Below are positions 15,001 to 30,368 of a stretch of 64,000 nt of DNA, piece after piece. Position 1 is the stretch's first letter; the number at the start of each line of letters is the position of its first letter. This DNA is from Eledone cirrhosa. Taxonomy: Eukaryota. The stretch covers positions 62,001-126,000 of the forward strand of contig CAXHJY010000491.1 in NCBI GenBank assembly GCA_964016885.1, in the 5' to 3' direction. Under the pieces are notes generated by a model. The model was not told the DNA's origin and did no database searches. It was given only the letters and a program-made list of their open reading frames with translations. The translations under genes and the position numbers were made by a program.

Positions 15001-18000
15001 AACACTATAGCAAGTACTGAGACTGTTACAACACTATAGCAAGTACTGAGACTGTTACAACACTATAGCAAGTACTAACTACTGAGATTGTTACAACACT
15101 ATAGCAAGTACTGAGACTGTTACAACAATATAGCAAGTACTGAGACTGTTACAACAATATAGCAATTACTGAGACTGTTACAACACTATAGCAAGTACTG
15201 GGACTGTTACAACACTATAACAAGTACTGGGACTGTTACAACACTATAGCAAGTACTGGGACTGTTACAACACTATAGCAAGTACTGGGACTGTTACAAC
15301 ACTATAGCAAGTACTGGGACTGTTACAACACTATAGCAAGTACTGAGACTGGTTCACCAATATAGCAAGTACTCAGACTGTTACAACAATATAGCAAGTA
15401 CTGAGACTGTTACAACAATATAGCAAGTACTGACTACTGAGACTGTAACAACACTATAGCAAGTACTGAGACTGTTAAAACACTATAGCAAGTACTGAGA
15501 CTGTGACAACAATATAGCAGGTACTGAGACTGTTACAACACTATATCAAGTAGTGAGACTGTTACAACACCATAGCAAGTACTGAGACTGTTACAACACT
15601 ATAGCAAGTACTGAGACTGTTACAGCACTGTATCAAGTACTGAGACTGTTACAACACTATAGCAAGTACTGAGACTCTTACAACACTATAGCAAGTACTG
15701 AGACTGTTACAGCACTATAGCAAGTACTGAGACTGTTACAGCACTATAGAAAGTACTGAGTCTGTTACAACACTATTGCAAGTTCTGAGACTGTTACAAC
15801 ACTATAACAAGTACTGAGACTGTTACAACACTATAGCAAGTACTGAGACAGTTACAGCACGATAGCAAGTACTGAGACTGTTACAGCACTATGGTAAGTA
15901 CTGAGACTGTTACAACACTATAGCAAGTACTGAGACTGTTACAACACTATAGCAAGTACTGACTACTGAGATTGTTACAACACTATAGCAAGTACCGAGA
16001 CTGTTACAGCACTATATCATGTACTGAGACTGTTACAACAATATAGCAGGTACTGAGACAGCTAAAACACTATAGCAAGTACTGAGACTGTTACAACACT
16101 ATAGCAAGTACTGAGACTGTTTCAACACTATAGCAATTACTGAGACTGTTACAACACTATAGCAAGTACTGAGACTGTTACAGCACTATAGCAAGTACTG
16201 AGACTGTTACAGCACTATTGCAAGTACTGAGACTGTTACAACACTATAGCAAGTACTGAGACTGTTACAACACTATTGCAAGTACTGAGACTGCTACAAC
16301 ACTATAGCAAGTACTGAGACTGTTACAACACTATTGCAAGTACTGAGACTGCTACAACACTATAGCATGTACTGAGACTGTTACAACACTATTGCAAGTA
16401 CTGAGACTATTACAACACTATAGCAAGTACTGAGACTGTTACAACACTATAGCAAGTACTGAGACTGTTACAACACTATAGCAAGTACTGAGACTGTTAC
16501 AACACTATAGCAATTACTGAGACTGTTACAGCACTATAGCAAGTACTGAGATCCTTACCGCACTATAGCAAGTCATAAGACTGTTACAACACTATAGCAT
16601 GTACTGAGACTGTTACAACACTATAGCATGTACTGAGACTGTTACAACACTATAGCAAGTACTGAGACTGTTACAATACTATAGCAAGTACTAACTACTG
16701 AGATTGTTACAACACTATAGCAAGTACTGAGACTGTTACAACACTATAGCAAGTACTGAGACTGTTACAACAATATAGCAATTACTGAGACTGTTACAGC
16801 ACTCTAGCAAGTACTGAAACTGTTACAGCACTATAGCAAGTACTGAGACTGTTACGACACTATAGCAAGTATTGAGACTGTTACAACACTATAGCAAGTA
16901 CTGACTACTGAGATTGTTACAACACTATAGCAAGTACTGAGACTGTTACAACACTATAGCAAGTACTGACTACTGAGATTGTTACAACACTATAGCAAAC
17001 ACTGAGACTGTTACAACACTATAGCAAGTACTGAGACTGTTACAGCACTATAGCAAGTACTGAGACTGTTACACCAATATAGCAAGTACTGAGATTGTTA
17101 CAATAATATAGCAAGTACTGAGACTGTTACAACAATATAGCAAGTACTGACTACTGAGGCGGTTACAACACTATAGCAAGTACTGAGACTGTTACCGCAC
17201 TATTGCAAGTACTGAGACTGTTACAACAATATAGCAAGTACTAAATACTGAGACTGTTACAACACTATAGCAAGTACTGAGACTGTTACATCACTATAGC
17301 AAGTACTGAGACTGTTACAACACTAGAGCAAGTACTGAGACTGTTACAACACTATAGCAAGTACTGAGACTGTTACAACACTATATCAAGTACTGAGACT
17401 GTTACAACACTATAGAAAGTACTGAGACTGTTACAACACTATAGCAAGTACTGAGACTGTTACAACTCTATATCAAGTACTGAGACTGTTACAACACTAT
17501 AGCAAGTACTGAAACTGTTACAACACTATAGCAAGTACTGAGACTGTTACAGCACTATAGCAAGTACTGACTACTGAGACTGTTACAACACTATAGCAAG
17601 TACTGAGACTGTTAAAACACTATAGCAAGTACTGAGACTGTGACAACAATATAGCAAGTACTGAGACTGTTACAACACTATTGCAAGTACTGAGACTGTT
17701 ACAACACTATATCAAGTAGTGAGACTGTTACAACACTATAGCAAGTCCTGGGACTGTTACAACACTATAGCAAGTACTGAGACTGTTACAGCACTGTATC
17801 ATGTACTGAGACTGTTACAACACTATAGCAAGTACTGAGACTCTTACAACACTATAGCAAGTACTGAGACTGTTACAGCACTATAGCAAGTACTGAGACT
17901 GTTACATCACTATAGAAAGTACTGAGTCTGTTACAACACTATTGCAAGTTCTGAGGCTGTTACAACACTATAACAAGTACTGAGACTGTTACAACACTAT

Positions 18001-21000
18001 AGCAAGTACTGAGACAGTTACAGCACGATAGCAAGTACTGAGACTGTTACAGCACTATAGTAAGTACTGAGACTGTTACAACACTATAGCAAGTAATGAG
18101 ACTGTTACAACACTATAGCAAGTACTGACTACTGAGATTGTTAAAACACTATAGCAAGTACTGAGACTGTTACAACACTATAGCAAATACTGACTACTGA
18201 GATTGTTACAACACTATAGCAAGTACTGAGACTGTTACAGCACTATAGCATGTACTGAGACTGTTACAACAATATAGCAGGTACTGAGACAGCTAAGACA
18301 CTATAGCAAGTACTGAGACTGTTACAACACTATAGCAAGTACTGAGACTCTTACAACACTATAGCAAGTACTGAGACTGTTACAGCACTATAGCAAGTAC
18401 TGAGACTGTTTCAACACTATAGCAATTACTGAGACTGTTACAACACTATACCAAGTACTGAGACTGTTACAGCACTATAGCAAGTACTGAGACTGTTACA
18501 GCACTATTGCAAGTACTGAGACTGTTACAACACTATAGCAAGTACTGAGACTGTTACAACACTATTGCAAGTACTGAGACTGTTACAACACTATAGCAAG
18601 TACTGAGACTGTTACAACACTATAGCAAGTACTGAGACTATTACAACACTATAGCAAGTACTGAGACTGTTACAACACTATAGCAATTACTGAGACTGTT
18701 ACAGCACTATAGCAAGTACTGAGATCCTTACCGCACTATAGCAAGTCATAAGACTGTTACAACACTATAGCAAGTACTGAGACTGTTACAACACTATAGC
18801 AAGTACTGAGACTGTTACAACACTATAGCAAGTACTAACTACTGAGATTGTTACAACACTATAGCAAGTACTGAGATTGTTACAACACTATAGCAAGTAC
18901 TGAGACTGTTACAACAATATAGCAATTAATGAGACTGTTACAACACTATAACAAGTACTGAGACTGTTACAACACTATAGCAAGTACTGAGACAGTTACA
19001 GCACGATACCAAGTACTGAGACTGTTACAGCACTATAGTAAATACTGAGACTGTTACAACACTATAGCAAGTAATGAGACTGTTACAACACTATAGCAAG
19101 TACTGACTACTGAGATTGTTACAACACTATAGCAAGTACTGAGACTGTTACAACACTATAGCAAGTACTGAGACTGTTACAACACTATAGCAAGTACTAA
19201 CTACTGAGATTGTTACAACACTATAGCAAGTACTGAGACTGTTACAACACTATAGCAAGTACTGAGACTGTTACAACAATATAGCAATTACTGAGACTGT
19301 TACAACACTATAGCAAGTACTGGGACTGTTACAACACTATAACAAGTACTGGGACTGTTACAACACTATAGCAAGTACTGGGACTGTTACAACACTATAG
19401 CAAGTACTGGGACTGTTACAACACTATAGCAAGTACTGGGACTGTTACAACACTATAGCAAGTACTGAGACTGTTAGAACACTATAGCAAGTACTGACTA
19501 CTGAGACTGTTACAACACTATTGCAAGTACTGAGACTGTTACAACACTATAGCAAGTACTGAGACTGTTACAACATTATAGCAAGTACTGAAACTCTTAC
19601 AACACTATAGCAAGTACTGAGACTGTTACAACACTATAGCAAGTACTGAGACTGTTACAACACTATAGCAAGTACTGAGACTGTTACAACACTATAGCAA
19701 GTACTGAGACTGTTACAACACTATAGCAAGTACTGAGACTGTTACAACACTATAGCAAGTACTGAGACTGTTACAACACTATAGCAAGTACTGAGACTGT
19801 TACAACACTATAGCAAGTACTGACTACTGAGATTGTTACAACACTATAGCAAGTACCGAGACTGTTACAGCACTATATCATGTACTGAGACTGTTACAAC
19901 AATATAGCAGGTACTGAGACAGCTAAAACACTATAGCAAGTACTGAGACTGTTACAACACTATAGCAAGTACTGAGACTGTTTCAACACTATAGCAATTA
20001 CTGAGACTGTTACAACACTATAGCAAGTACTGAGACTGTTACAGCACTATAGCAAGTACTGAGACTGTTACAGCACTATTGCAAGTACTGAAACTGTTAC
20101 AACACTATAGCAAGTACTGAGACTGTTACAACACTATTGCAAGTACTGAGACTGCTACAACACTATAGCAAGTACTGAGACTGTTACAACACTATTGCAA
20201 GTACTGAGACTGCTACAACACTATAGCATGTACTGAGACTGTTACAACACTATTGCAAGTACTGAGACTGTTACAACACTATAGCAAGTACTGAGACTGT
20301 TACAACACTATAGCAAGTACTGAGACTGTTACAACACTATAGCAAGTACTGAGACTGTTACAACACTATAGCAATTACTGAGACTGTTACAGCACTATAG
20401 CAAGTACTGAGATCCTTACCGCACTATAGCAAGTCATAAGACTGTTACAACACTATAGCATGTACTGAGACTGTTACAACACTATAGCATGTACTGAGAC
20501 TGTTACAACACTATAGCAAGTACTGAGACTGTTACAATACTATAGCAAGTACTAACTACTGAGATTGTTACAACACTATAGCAAGTACTGAGACTGTTAC
20601 AACACTATAGCAAGTACTGAGACTGTTACAACAATATAGCAATTACTGAGACTGTTACAGCACTCTAGCAAGTACTGAAACTGTTACAGCACTATAGCAA
20701 GTACTGAGACTGTTACGACACTATAGCAAGTATTGAGACTGTTAAAACACTATAGCAAGTACTGACTACTGAGATTGTTACAACACTATAGCAAGTACTG
20801 AGACTGTTACAACACTATAGCAAGTACTGAGACTGTTACAACACTATAGCAAGTACTAACTACTGAGATTGTTACAACACTATAGCAAGTACTGAGACTG
20901 TTACAACACTATAGCAAGTACTGAGACTGTTACAACAATATAGCAATTAATGAGACTGTTACAACACTATAACAAGTACTGAGACTGTTACAACACTATA

Positions 21001-21925
21001 GCAAGTACTGAGACAGTTACAGCACGATACCAAGTACTGAGACTGTTACAGCACTATAGTAAATACTGAGACTGTTACAACACTATAGCAAGTAATGAGA
21101 CTGTTACAACACTATAGCAAGTACTGACTACTGAGATTGTTACAACACTATAGCAAGTACTGAGACTGTTACAACACTATAGCAAGTACTGAGACTGTTA
21201 CAACACTATAGCAAGTACTAACTACTGAGATTGTTACAACACTATAGCAAGTACTGAGACTGTTACAACACTATATCAAGTACTGGGACTGTTACAACAC
21301 TATAGCAAGTACTGAGACTGTTAGAACACTATAGCAAGTACTGACTACTGAGACTGTTACAACACTATTGCAAGTACTGAGACTGTTACAACACTATAGC
21401 AAGTACTGAGACTGTTACAACATTATAGCAAGTACTGAGACTGTTACAACCCTATAGCAAGTACTGGGACTGTTACAACACTATAGCAAGTACTGAGACT
21501 GTTACAACACTATAGCAAGTACTGACTACTGAGACTGTCACAACACTATAGCAAGTACTGAGACTGTTACAACACTATAGCAAGTACTGACTACTGAGAC
21601 TGTCACAACACTATAGCAAGTACTGAGACTGTTACAACACTATAGCAAGTACTGACTACTGAGACTGTCACAACACTATAGCAAACACTGAGACTGTTAC
21701 AACACTATAGCAAGTACTGAGACTGTTACAGCACTATAGCAAGTACTGAGACTGTTACAACACTATAGCAAGTTCTGACTACTGAGACTGTCACAACACT
21801 ATACTACCTACTGACACACGAGTCTGTAATGACACTATATTACCTAGTGAGGCTGTAACAATACTATACCAAGTGTTATATCCGTACTGAGAATTTAACA
21901 ACACTAAACCACGTTCTGAGACCGT
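1..21925. repeat. Satellite A: tandem array of 29-bp monomer AGCAAGTACTGAGACTGTTACAACACTAT, with 36-bp variants carrying a 7-bp GACTACT duplication; runs off the left edge
   Basis: 29-bp period is directly visible throughout; monomers degenerate at ~21780-21925; the ORF track has no ORF in this span. Confidence 0.99.
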
Positions 21926-22732
21926 GTACCTTCTGCAATACCATTCTTTGTTAATCCTTTTTCATAGTGATTCAGCCCTAGACAAACTCTCTACATATAT
22001 CTATCCATCTCTGATATACTCCCTCACAATATATTCTCATCTTTATCTTTTTTACCATCCAGAAACACAAAGAAGATTAAACTATGAATGTACTTTATTA
22101 ATGAAACATTCTTGTATTGTTACTACGAAAGATATATCCTCATGTTTTCCTGATAAATTTGGCATGTTGCCTGTTTTTTTTTTAAATATCAGCTGGGACT
22201 TCAATGCTTTTAATGTGGAATCCCCAAAACCATTTCTCTTTTACTTTCTCTCACCATCAGTACGGCTTCTAAAGTATACGATATTTTGGAATATATTGTC
22301 TCACATCCTTTGAATAAAATTTTTCCTGTCTTCTGTTCATATTCCATCAGATCTAGTATACAACAAAAGCTTGTTATGGCTTCCACACTATTTCCTTTGT
22401 ACACTAATAAAGTATTTTGATCATACACGTTACTACGCAGATGGTAACATATTTTTAACCCTCCTTAACCTTCTGCTCCTATGTGTTATTCTTTATAAAC
22501 TCAGCAATACAAAGCATCATGTGAGGTATAATATTAACTGTTATCATTGTTCATTCTACTCTACTGGATATAATGTTTCATGTCGCAGAGTTGATGGTAA
22601 TTATTGCTAAGTTATTAAGTATAGGTTTAATCAATGCGACGATAATTCTTAATATACTGAGTTACTTGATTTATCAGTATAAGACCCAGCCTGAACAAAA
22701 TTACAATTCTTTTGTTATTGGTGCGGTAGTCT

Positions 22733-22736
<4 letters not shown>

Positions 22737-22804
<68 letters not shown>
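22737..22804. repeat. (TA)n microsatellite abutting a hammerhead-bearing cassette
   Basis: Pure TA run. Confidence 0.98.
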
Positions 22805-22807
<3 letters not shown>

Positions 22808-23542
22808 GTGGATGGATACCTCAACAGGTACAATGTACTTGTAGAAATATTCAAGTTGTTTATAATACATGTGGTTCAATGGCACTAATTCGAGATACCA
22901 GAACAATATAAAAGTAGCGAAACAAACGGTTATTAAACAATTTTCCAAATAAATTAAAAAATGATTAAATAATCACCTGTTCAGATGCTGTTACCGACGG
23001 TTTCATCATTCCGAAAGATTGGAAATCCAACGAATTTCCAATGGAAAGAAATGAATCTTCAGACAGCCCTATTTCCACGCTATAAGGTATAGCAAGTAAA
23101 TATTATGCTCCCTGCCCAACGCATGCGGTCAAGCCGTTAAAGTGACACACACGCAAATCAGGTCGCTGATAAAAGCTGGATATTATAAACATGTCGAATT
23201 GCCACTAAAATTAGCAGCATTATTCAACGTTTTGTTCTCTACATAAGGTGAATAAATTATAGAAGTGGATGGATACCTCAACAGGTACAATGTACTTGTA
23301 GAAATTGGAAAATTGTTTAATAACCGTTTGTTTCGCTACTTTTATATTGTTCTGGTATCTCGAATTAGTGCCATTGAACCACATGTATTATAAACAACTT
23401 GAATATTTCTACAAGTTACATTGTACCTGTTGAGGTATCCATCCACTTCTATAATTTATTCTCCTTATGTAGAGAACAAAACGTTGAATAATGCTGCTAA
23501 TTTTAGTGGCAATTCGACATGTTTATAATATCCAGCTTTTAT
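22805..23542 (-). mobile_element. Non-coding PLE pLTR / retrozyme-like cassette: 457-bp unit with a terminal direct repeat plus an inverted partial copy
   Basis: GAAGTGGATGGATACC...GTAGAAAT occurs at 22805 and 23262; 23305-23542 is the reverse complement of 22802-22949 continuing into 23169-23260; contains a hammerhead. Confidence 0.8.
22987..23067 (-). ncRNA. Type I hammerhead ribozyme motif
   Basis: Minus strand reads GCTGT CTGAAGA [TTCATTTC..ATTGGAAAT/ATTTCCAAT..GGAATGAT] GAAA CCGTCGG TA ACAGC; stem I GCTGT/ACAGC, GUA cleavage triplet. Confidence 0.85.
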
Positions 23543-23868
23543 GTAGATATGATACAACAAATAAAATCGTAATTGACAATATACACAGAAATTGAACGAA
23601 GACTGTGTTACACTCTCTTATGTAATCAGTAACGTAAGCCATGATACATTAAAAAAAGACGATATTATATATAAACTGAATTAGGGGAAAATTAGTGACG
23701 GAAATATATGAATGTTTAAGCGATCGCTAACCGAAAGAGTTGACATTTGAAAATTTTAATGAAATGAATCTTGAAATAAGCAACAAAACTATTTATATTT
23801 CAATCAAGAATAACGAAATTTAGTAAATAAATTGTGTAATATTCATTCATTATTTATTCATTATTTAT

Positions 23869-23943
23869 CGGGGTCGATAAAAATAAAGTACCAGTAATGC
23901 ACTGGGTAATTTGCTGGCCTTGTGCCTAAAGTAGAAACAATTA
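23869..23943 (+). mobile_element. 5'-truncated SINE (3' tail GGGGTCGATAAAATAAAGTACCAG...GCCTTGTGCCTAAAGTAGAAACAATT)
   Basis: Same tail in five places in the window; flanked on both sides by ATTATTTAT (possible TSD). Confidence 0.8.
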
Positions 23944-24484
23944 TTTATTCAATGTAATCCAACTTATTTTACAAACGGGATAAAATAATATATTCTGGAA
24001 GCATTCCCACACTCTTTACTTTATTATAGTCTAGATGTTCCCTTAAAATCTGGTTGTTTGTAGAGACTGAAACTACTTGCAATACACATTTCATAATTCC
24101 ACTCGTGTTGCCTCGTCTACCAGACTCTACCCATACTGGAATGACGTTTTGTGATTGTGTATATATTTTTAAAAGTTTTTTATGATACTTTTGTTTATTT
24201 ACTACTTTAACTATAATTTATACACTTAATTGAGAGGTCAGATACAGGAGTTCAGATTACTGTCTAACAGATAATTTCCTCTGGGGTTAGGATATGCCTG
24301 TAGGAAACGCAATCTTCGGCCGCCAAGATGCATGGTAAATTTTCGAGACTTATTTTGGCGGGTAAATATCGGTAAACACGGTAATTAAAATATGTGGCTA
24401 AGAAAGTACTAATTATACAAACGGGACTAAACGTTTAGGGTATTCATCGACGGTTAGTCATTGTCTATAACTATTACATCAAGT

Positions 24485-24623
24485 TGCGGCCCTTGCCATT
24501 CTGAGTTCAAATCCCACCAAGGTTAATTTTGCCTTTCATCCTTACGCTTACGGGGTCGATAAAATAAAGTACCAGTAATGCACTGGGATAATTACTGGCC
24601 TTGTGCCAAAAGTAGAAACAGTT
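24485..24623 (+). mobile_element. tRNA-derived SINE copy (octopus-type family)
   Basis: B-box GAGTTCAAATCCC followed by the TTTGCCTTTCATCC...GGGGTCGATAAAATAAAGTACCAG tail. Confidence 0.8.
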
Positions 24624-24790
24624 ATCTATATTTCTCTCCGTGGACAAGTTAAATTTTATTGCTGATAAGACAATGACATCTGAAACCCATCAAGTAAATC
24701 CATATTTTTCTCTCCATTGAAATAAGGTATTTCTTTACAACTTTCAAAATACAGAGATGAGCAGGTATGCAACAGTTTGCCTTGCGCAAC

Positions 24791-24815
24791 TACGAGGGTC
24801 GGCTGTAAAGTTCAT
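24791..24815 (+). mobile_element. Possible mariner-type terminal inverted repeat remnant
   Basis: TACGAGGGTCGGCTGTAAAGTTC resembles the TA+CGAGGG...AAAGT start of mariner TIRs; no partner TIR or transposase seen. Confidence 0.3.
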
Positions 24816-25020
24816 TGGCTAGTAATGAAGGACTGATGCTAGGGCTGTGAAATCTTGCATGCATTAATTTCAACCCGTTTTATTAATAACTACAGTGGTT
24901 CTTTCCGGGATCTATGTCGAAAAATAAACCTCATTTGGTCATTCGATGGGAGTATCTTCGTCAGCTTATGAACGTTTCAGCTGACCCTCATATAACTGTG
25001 ATTGACATTGGACAGATATT

Positions 25021-25715
<695 letters not shown>

Positions 25716-25719
25716 GTCC

Positions 25720-25835
25720 ACCCACACACACACACACACACACATTCTCTCTCACACACACACACACATTCTCACACGCACACACACATATATATACACA
25801 CATACATACACACGCGTACATTAACATACAAAGAG

Positions 25836-25913
<78 letters not shown>

Positions 25914-26021
25914 CTCCGTATAAGACAAGAGCTGAAAAATATCTTTTAACATGTTAAAATATCCCCCACTCACTTACAGACACATTCCTACTGACCATCC
26001 CTCTACCACGAATTACTCTGC

Positions 26022-26069
<48 letters not shown>

Positions 26070-26200
26070 TCTTAATAGGCATTTGAACTGTCAACAGGCT
26101 GCGGTTCGCACACACATCCCTGCTGACCATTATCACAACAACGAACACTTTACTACTACTACTACACACATACACACACACATATTTGTTGTGAAAGAGT
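25720..26200. repeat. Compound (CA)n microsatellite region
   Basis: Long CA runs at ~25720-25911, 26025-26066 and 26164-26182. Confidence 0.9.
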
Positions 26201-27175
26201 CATTTCTCAGTCAGCTGACACAAACCTACATTTGGCGCAAAATCAATTTTTTACATTCACATGACCTCTACCGACCAATCAAAATTGTTTTGACCACAAG
26301 AATTTTTGCAACACGAATTTGCGCAAAACTTATTTTAATACCGCTGGAGCCACTTTTTTAACATAAAAACAGGTAGAATTCCCAAAACTAATCAGATCAG
26401 AGCAAACATCACGGACGCTCTATCTCAAAATTATTTTTGAAAAGCATTAGAAATGCGCAAACGGTTAAACTTAAAACCAAAACTGAATACTAACCAATAA
26501 AATTACTAATTCTCACTTATTCCTAATTAAACTATTTTTCACTGTGAACAATTTGTCAGCATTTTCTATTCCGTTTACCAATATATATATATATATTCCT
26601 GAGCTGAAAACGATTCTCGCTAATTTATATTTGTATTAATCTCCAGAGTCTAGCTATTGAGCAGTTAATTTTATTGATTTTTTTCAGTTACTTATATTGA
26701 CTGTTGAATAGCTCTGTAATATTTAACTATTCTGTCGAGAGCTTTATTCGATTTGTGATATTTTGCATTCTCGCAATAATACACAACTGAATCATTCGCT
26801 TAATAGAGGTGTTACCTCCCTTGCTGAATCCCACGTGGGGTCAGTAATAGCCACACTATCTATAGCATCTTGGAGCAAAGCCGTTGATAACACGACTGCC
26901 TTGTTCATCATCTCACCAGAAGCCCAATATTCTTTATGTAGGCGGACAGTACCTGATTTGGAGTCGCAGAAACCAATACTGGATTTTACCATCAAATTGC
27001 AAACTTGACCGTCACCACACATTGTGAACCTCAAGGTTGCGAAAGCATGAAAGTACTTGTTCAATTAACACTTAACATTTAATATTCTATCATACTATTT
27101 CATTATAATACCATTATGAATCTTAAAGGATTGTAAATAAAACGAGTAAATCAGACAAAGTTGGAATTCCTCTTA

Positions 27176-27794
<619 letters not shown>

Positions 27795-27930
27795 ATGCTT
27801 TGGGAGGGCCATGTTGCCAATAAGAAACACACGTACCATTTGCTTTCACTCCAATTTATTATAAATTTAAGAATTTATAAATTTCTGGTTGGTTGGTTGG
27901 ATCCACAACCAGACGATTGTTCATATATTC

Positions 27931-27971
27931 TCAAAGTTCTTTCATCACACATTCTCTGACCTCTTCAGTGA
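27931..27971 (-). ncRNA. Minimal hammerhead motif in the PLE 3' UTR (left arm)
   Basis: TCA CTGAAGA GGTCAGAGAATGTGTGAT GAAA GAAC TT TGA; stem I only 3 bp. Confidence 0.65.
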
Positions 27972-29116
27972 CTGGGGATTCTTTTCTTTGTTTTTTAGCC
28001 TCTCCTTTGTTCTGTCCTACGCCATCTTATTTTTGTGTAGTGTTGTGTTCTTATTTTGCGCATGTGTTACATCCGGCTGTCTGTGTGTGTTTATATTTGT
28101 TTATTTATTTGTTTATTTACATGTTACTGGTTGCTTGTTTGTTCTATGTGTGTGTGTGTTTTCATTTTGTCCTTAATTGTAAGTTGTGATGTTGCTATTC
28201 CATTCATGTTTTCTATTTAATTTTGGTTGGAGTTCATTTATGATTATTGCCTCTGTGATTTGTCTAAACATTGCGTCTTTTCTGTGTGTAGATTCTATTT
28301 TTATTTCTATGTTCTCTAATTTACCCTTATGTTCTAGTTTAGCATGTTGATGGAGTACAGATGATTCTTTACTATCTTGAAGCTCTAGCCAGTGTTCATT
28401 TATCCGTTCTCCTACACTATGAGCTGTCTCATCTATGTACACTATATTCTTATCTCTACATTGTCCTTCAGTACATCTTATGCTATATACTAGATTTCTA
28501 GTTTTACAGTTAAGATGGAGGCTTAGTTTACAGATTATACATTTCTTATCTATACAGGAAGGTCTTTGAAAAGTGTATGTATTGCTAATATGTGTTTTTA
28601 TGGAGGTACCTGGTCTTTCTACTATCTTAATATTGAATTTATATTTATCTAGCGCCCTTCTAAATTTGTAAGCTAATTCACCTCTAGGGGTTGTATTGAT
28701 GAACATTACACTCTGGTATTTATTGCTATCATACCATGAGTTTATTCTATTAACCTTATTCCTTGTTCTTTCTATTCTATTCCAAAATTTGCTCCTGTAC
28801 AAGGCGCAGGTCCCATTTGTATCATTATTTACCATTTTTTTCCATTTGGTTCTGGCTCCTCTATATACTCTGATTTCATCTATCTGATTGTAACCAGATA
28901 ACTGCATACGGTGGATGAAGTGTTGTATGTGTCTCTTTAGTTCTTTGGTGGGGGGGGGGGGTTGCACATGCGGGACCCGTTTCTCATCACCCGTACCAAA
29001 TCCGCAATCAGTATGTTGATTTTGGTGTGGTTCGAAACAGGTGAGTTCCGGTGGATCAGATATTTGGAAGTCATGGGTTTGGCATAATGGGAATGGAGGA
29101 TTTGTTTTTTGTTATT

Positions 29117-29300
29117 AATTGTTTCTACTTTAGGCACAAGGCCAGCAATTACCCAGTGCATTACTGGTACTTTATTTTATCGACCCCTTAATGATGAAAG
29201 GCAAAGTCAACCTCGGCGGGATTTGAACTCAGATCGTAAAGGGACGTAACTATGCTGGAAAGCATGGCGTCCGAACCCCTACCGATACTGCTAATCCACA
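29117..29300 (-). mobile_element. SINE inserted in the RT of the left PLE arm
   Basis: Same family as 24485; interrupts ELWLET|INNKKQILHSHYAKP. Confidence 0.9.
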
Positions 29301-30368
29301 TGGTTTCTAACCAGAGCTCTGTGTCTAGTACAGGTAATGGATGGTTGGGGTGTTTGCTTGGGTAGTCTATAGTAACTCTAATACTCTGGTGGATGGAGTT
29401 AGCTATTTTCTGGATGCTTTCCATGGTCTAATTCCTGACTGTTCTCTAGTGGGGGTGTTTTTACTACGATGTTTATATCATCAACGTAGCGGGAGTACAT
29501 TATCAGGGTTAACAGGTTGCTGTCTTCTGATTGTTCTTCAAGTTTAAGTTTAAGTCCCACCATACCATCAATAGGTTAGCTATGTCACCTGCAATGCTAA
29601 CACCAATGGCTGCTCCCTCCTCTTGGGCATATGTTTTTCCATTAAATTTGAACATATGTCCCTTAAGGGTTAATTTTATACTGGCCCCCACCGCATATGC
29701 AATCATTTTCTTTAGTTCATCGTGGTTTTCCGGGTCCGTATGGGTCTGGTTTCATCTATCTGTGTCGGTTTTCTTGGCCATTGAGGTAATGGTAGGTGGT
29801 CTGCCTGTTGCTGGTCTTGTAGGGCATAGGTTGCTAAGGTCATATGTATCTAGTTAATCATTACTATAGGTAAGTTTATGTACGAGTCTCAGCTCACTGG
29901 TATCAATCCCACGGAATTCAACATTGCTCTCACTGATCATTTCTACGCATGTCTCCACAGCAAAATCCACGTCAATCTATGGATATAGGGACACAACATC
30001 CATACTACCTATTATGCAGTTTGTTAGGTCCCTAGATCGGTTACTTAAGCTGATTCTGCTGAGGAGGTCCTCCGTGCTGTCGTATATATCTGGGGACATT
30101 TCAATGATGGGGCGTATGGTCAGGGAGAGGAAGTAGGAAAGTCTGTAGTTACTAGCAATGTTAGCTTCACACACTGGCTGTGTTGGTGGTCCTGGAGAGG
30201 GTCACTGCTCATTTTGTGGTCTTTTCGAAGCCCATACAACGCGGGCACGTCATTGTTCCAGGCCTGGAAGTTGTTGGCAGTCCTTTTGTTGGACTGCATT
30301 ATGTTTGTCCACATCACCATATGGGCATTGAGGGTTTTCTCCCTATCCTCATGCTCTTGTGGTGTTAC

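Noticed and set aside
1-21925. CRISPR array (29-36-bp repeats)
   Set aside because: Monomers are directly adjacent with no unique spacers, there are no cas genes, and the context is eukaryotic
24350-24383. pogo/Tigger-like terminus (..GGTAAACACGGTA)
   Set aside because: No matching opposite end or transposase found
24830-24856. CTGATGC...GAAA hammerhead-like string
   Set aside because: Core lacks A9 and no stems I or III form
26225-26330. E2F-like (TTTGGCGC) and CCAAT sites suggesting a promoter
   Set aside because: Short motifs with no identifiable downstream gene; cannot be distinguished from chance
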